DNA from: Blasia pusilla
Lineage: Eukaryota
NCBI GenBank assembly: GCA_050084515.1
Contig: CM114271.1
Span: forward strand, 47,430,001 to 47,494,000
Reading direction: 5' to 3'
DNA: 64,000 bases
The translations under genes and the position numbers were made by a program. The notes under the pieces were generated by a model. It was given only the letters and a program-made list of their open reading frames with translations, had not been told where the DNA came from and did not search any database. Shown here piece after piece: positions 60,332-64,000 of this stretch. Position 1 is the first letter of the stretch. Every line of letters starts with the position of its first letter.

Positions 60332-61195
60332 GATAATCATTTTGTAAAGATAAAAAAAAGGTGTGAATAACACTAACCATATGGCACACAAATTTTTTTA
60401 AAAATTCATAACACATGAAATATTTTTTTCCCAAACTAAAAAATAATATTCCAAGAATAATATAGATCGATGTAAATATATTTCATTTATATGAATTATC
60501 TCTAATCAAAATAGAAACGACAATCACATCCGTGGCAGTCTCCAAAACAACGGACGGTTTTTCGGATTCTGACAAATAGAATGGGGTTTGTCGCTCTTGT
60601 TACTTCCAGGTGTCGGGATTACGGGACTCTCAGGTGAGATTACAGCCGTCCTCCTTCAAACGCCACCTGTCCATTGGCCAAGGGTGGAGCTACACTAGCT
60701 CCTAGGCTAATCTGTGCCCTTCATTATTAAATCCGACGGTAAAGTATCGTCATTTGGTTTCAACCGTCCTCCCGTGGTCTCTCGCGCTGTCGTCGGGATC
60801 GTAGTTTACTGTAAAGAGTTGTCCTGGCAACGCATCGCGGAGAGTCGGAGACTAAACTGCAACGTCGCCTGGACACGTAGCGCTGGCTCCCTGGCCAACT
60901 CGACGTGATCGGCTAAAATCTTCTTTACGAGAGCCACGTGCGCGGGAGCGTCGCATGCCGGTGAAGAAAGGACGGAACGTGAAGACGTCGCTTTCTAATA
61001 GATTCTAGATTGGTATGAACTTACATCGATACGGCCCTACTAATGCTTCTAAATTTCGATATTTTCTTACGTTGACACGTAGTTTTGTTTGGATGAGAAA
61101 AATCAAACCATGTAAAAAAAGATGGGGGGTTTACCGTGCTTAGAACGTCCGTAATCTTTCGGGTGTTCCCATGTTTATTCCGCATTCTTATTTAT

Positions 61196-61515
61196 ATAGT
61201 AAGGTGTCCTGAAATAGTAAAGTTTGTAAGAACTAGTGTTCATAAAGAGATTAACGATGTTGTAAGTAATTTTTTTTTCACTGTCGGTAAGATGTGAAAT
61301 ATTTTCTTGATATCCAATTGTCACGTGCTAAACATAGAGGTGTTTGCAAATCAAAAAGGCACTCCCCATAATAATATAAATATGTTTACTTGACATGTGG
61401 CAATCGGGGAAAAAAATGTTCCTTGGTATATGGGAAAATAGACTATGGGAAAATATTTCCCATTTTGTAAGTATAAAGATTTTATTTTTTTGTGCAACAT
61501 GATTAATCCTTTCAA
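61196..61515. mobile_element. Family-A Helitron-like copy (61196-61381) followed by an inverted partial copy (~61390-61515)
   Basis: tagtaaggtgtcc...ggtgtttgcaaatcaaaaaggcactccccataataatataaat. Then ttgacatgtggcaat...gtgcaacatgattaatc, the reverse complement of the internal part. Confidence 0.6.
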
Positions 61516-61884
61516 TTGACAAAAAAATAATTCTTACATGGGAAAATGTAAGACTATACAATCCTTCCACCATCAGGTATGTTTGTGGAACTCAATTCCA
61601 TCCGCACTGTGAGAGTTTGGATTGTTATATTAACTTTTTAGAAAGAAAAACATTATCTCCATCCAAATAGTTGTGCGTGTTTGGATGGTTTACTAAACTA
61701 CTGGTGAACAATACAATAATTTTAAATTGTGGAAGTATGGAAGGAAACAACGTAGAAAGTAACATTGAGGAGGAAAGTTGGCTGTGGGTAGGCAAAACCA
61801 AAGCTCCGATCAACGACACCAAAACATCAATAAGATTCCACTTGCGCTTCTGAATACTCTTTTAGATAGTTTTTCCTTTCTTTT

Positions 61885-62430
61885 GGATCTTTTCCATTCA
61901 AATTCATTTTCCTTTCCCAAAATATGAAATTTGAATTCACTTGATGATTTTAGAAAATAATCATAATTTTCATTTCAAAATTCAAATAGAATTTCTATCT
62001 TCTTAACTCTTTGAAGAGTAATAACATTCCACTCTTCGAAGTAATTCCACTCCTCAATGAAAATTCAAATGATATCTCAATCCCCTAAATAATTTCACCT
62101 TTCAATAAAATTTAAACATAATCTACTCCTTCTCAATATTCGTTTTCCCTCTCATTACATATGAAGTAAGGGACAAAATTTTAATTTTCTGGCTATTTTT
62201 TCTAGAATTTAACATATTTTGTCTTATTATACACCTAGATCACATATTATATTATGAATAAAATAAATCATAAGTCAATTAAAATATTTATTTCCCTCTT
62301 ACACTTCAATTCTTTGTCTCTACCCATCTAATGTGACTCAAGGAACAAAATTCAAACATATTTCACTCTTGTCTTATTATTCTACTACTTTGTCTTATTG
62401 TACATAAGGATCGCCCATTACAAGATAGAT
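61885..62430 (-). repeat. Inverted partner of the 40060-40600 dispersed repeat
   Basis: Colinear reverse-complement matches, as listed for the 40060-40600 feature. Confidence 0.75.
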
Positions 62431-62860
62431 AGAAGATAGATAGATAAGAAAGATACTTCTCAAATCCTAACCCATTTTGAAACTAACATTGCTCATCGAC
62501 TACTAACACGTTTGAGTAGTCGCGTTCCATGTCAAGTGATGACAAGAGACTTTGGGTAGCAAAGCGCTATGAAGAATTCTATAACTATGTGCATAATTTT
62601 TAGACTCACTAGAGTAGATCCATGGTTTGGATTACTAGTCTAAACTTGTGTAATGTACAAATTTAAACTATTTTTCATAATTAACTTTTATGGTCCCAAT
62701 TATAGTGTGTTTTTTAATAAAATTTGTAATTGTAAACATCCCTTTAGTTGGAGCGTCATCCGACATTAAAATTTACTCAAAAAAATATATTTATATATAT
62801 TTTTAAAAATATAATACTCATGATAAACTTTGAGATGGGGTGGGCGATCCCTACCCACTC

Positions 62861-62936
62861 TCAAAAAGCCCCAAAGTTTTTAATTGTGATTTAAAATTTC
62901 AAAAAGCCCCAAAGTTTTTAATTGTGATTTAAAATT
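62861..62936 (+). repeat. Perfect 38-bp tandem duplication
   Basis: tcaaaaagccccaaagtttttaattgtgatttaaaatt occurs twice in tandem. Confidence 0.9.
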
Positions 62937-63196
62937 GCGGCACTTTGTGAGGGGTGGTAGGGAAAGTAATTAATGAACGGGTGAAAAGTCAAAATGGAAA
63001 GGAAGAAAAGGAGAGTGTACGCACTGCGTAATTATTTTTGATGAATGAATAACCTATATTACTATAGGAGGGCGCTTTTTTGATTTACAAACAAATGGCG
63101 CCTGGGAAATAAAAAAAATTTCACATACTAAAGAAAAAAATGAGTTTAAATGCACCATCATTAGTCCCTTCCTCTCATGGATTATGCATTAGTAAA

Positions 63197-63410
63197 AATT
63201 CTTTAAATTCTGGATACAATACACTTAAAAAACTAGCTAAACATTTTTTTATTTCAATTAATAGTAGGGAAGAAAAGAACTCTCCGAAAGCAATAATCAC
63301 GCAGCAAGAATTCTTTAAATTCTGGATACAATACACTAAAAAAACTAGTTAAACCTTTTTTTATTTCCATTAATAGTAGGAAAGAAAAGAACTCTCCGAA
63401 ATAATCACGC
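63197..63410 (+). repeat. ~110-bp tandem duplication
   Basis: aattctttaaattctggatacaatacac...aaagaactctccgaaa..aataatcacgc occurs twice with a few mismatches. Confidence 0.9.
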
Positions 63411-64000
63411 TGTCCCAAGAATATATACATTTTTAAATACGTTATAAGAATATTTTCTAGCTCGTGAAACGCCGCACCCGGCCCGGGAAACGAAGTGGGA
63501 AGAGGTTCGCTCGCTCCCGCGCACACGGAGCTCTTGGAAGCCGGAGGGCAAGCATTCTCGTGCAGAGGGCTTCATTGGCGCCAAATGGTCGAGTAACACG
63601 AATCCTGTGGAGTGGTTCGTCCAGATGCGCGGCTGCTAGCTTAGGGTGTGCTAGGGGTGTCGGAGCCGAACGACGTACTCTACGGCTGCGCTACTCTATG
63701 CTGTGCCCATGTGCATAGCGGCCATCTTTCAATTCAAATTGTCGGAAGAAAAATTTAACCGGAAGGATCGGAGGAGCGGGTATGGAGAAATCGCCTCAAA
63801 TCGGAACACCGGCACGACCTCGATGGCAACACCGCACGCTTGATGTCTGGTTCAAGAAGTGGATCCGGGCTCACTTCATATCGTAGTTCGTCCGTCCGCT
63901 TGCTCTTTTGGTGAAACGCTCAGTAGCCAGATGATGCTCTGAATCGACGAGCGAACGGGGGGAGTTCAGTCTACTTCCAGGGAGACCGTCCTTCACGCGA

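Overview
Eukaryotic nuclear DNA from a green plant. Intron style and gene content suggest a non-seed land plant such as a bryophyte (inference). The left half (1-32 kb) holds five spliced genes assembled by hand from splice sites: chloroplast ClpR1 (-), a 100-aa conserved plant protein missed by the ORF track (+, head-to-head with ClpR1), a TIC32-like short-chain dehydrogenase (+, apparent GC-AG first intron), RNA polymerase I/III subunit AC1 (-) and PI 4-kinase beta (-). The right half (35-64 kb) is mostly repeats: copies of a ~200-bp non-autonomous Helitron-like element, microsatellites and tandem repeats. It also holds a ~10.7-kb decayed Ty3/gypsy-type LTR retrotransposon (49103-59839). The most striking feature is that this element's polyprotein frame carries a C5-cytosine DNA methyltransferase domain (motifs I, IV PC, VI ENV, VIII RxR, IX, X) between protease and RT, and a PHD finger after the integrase. 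It therefore encodes both an epigenetic writer and a histone reader. Its 5' LTR is interrupted by a second, inverted gypsy fragment, and the whole element sits inside a Helitron-like copy. All calls come from reading and motif recall; no database searches were run.
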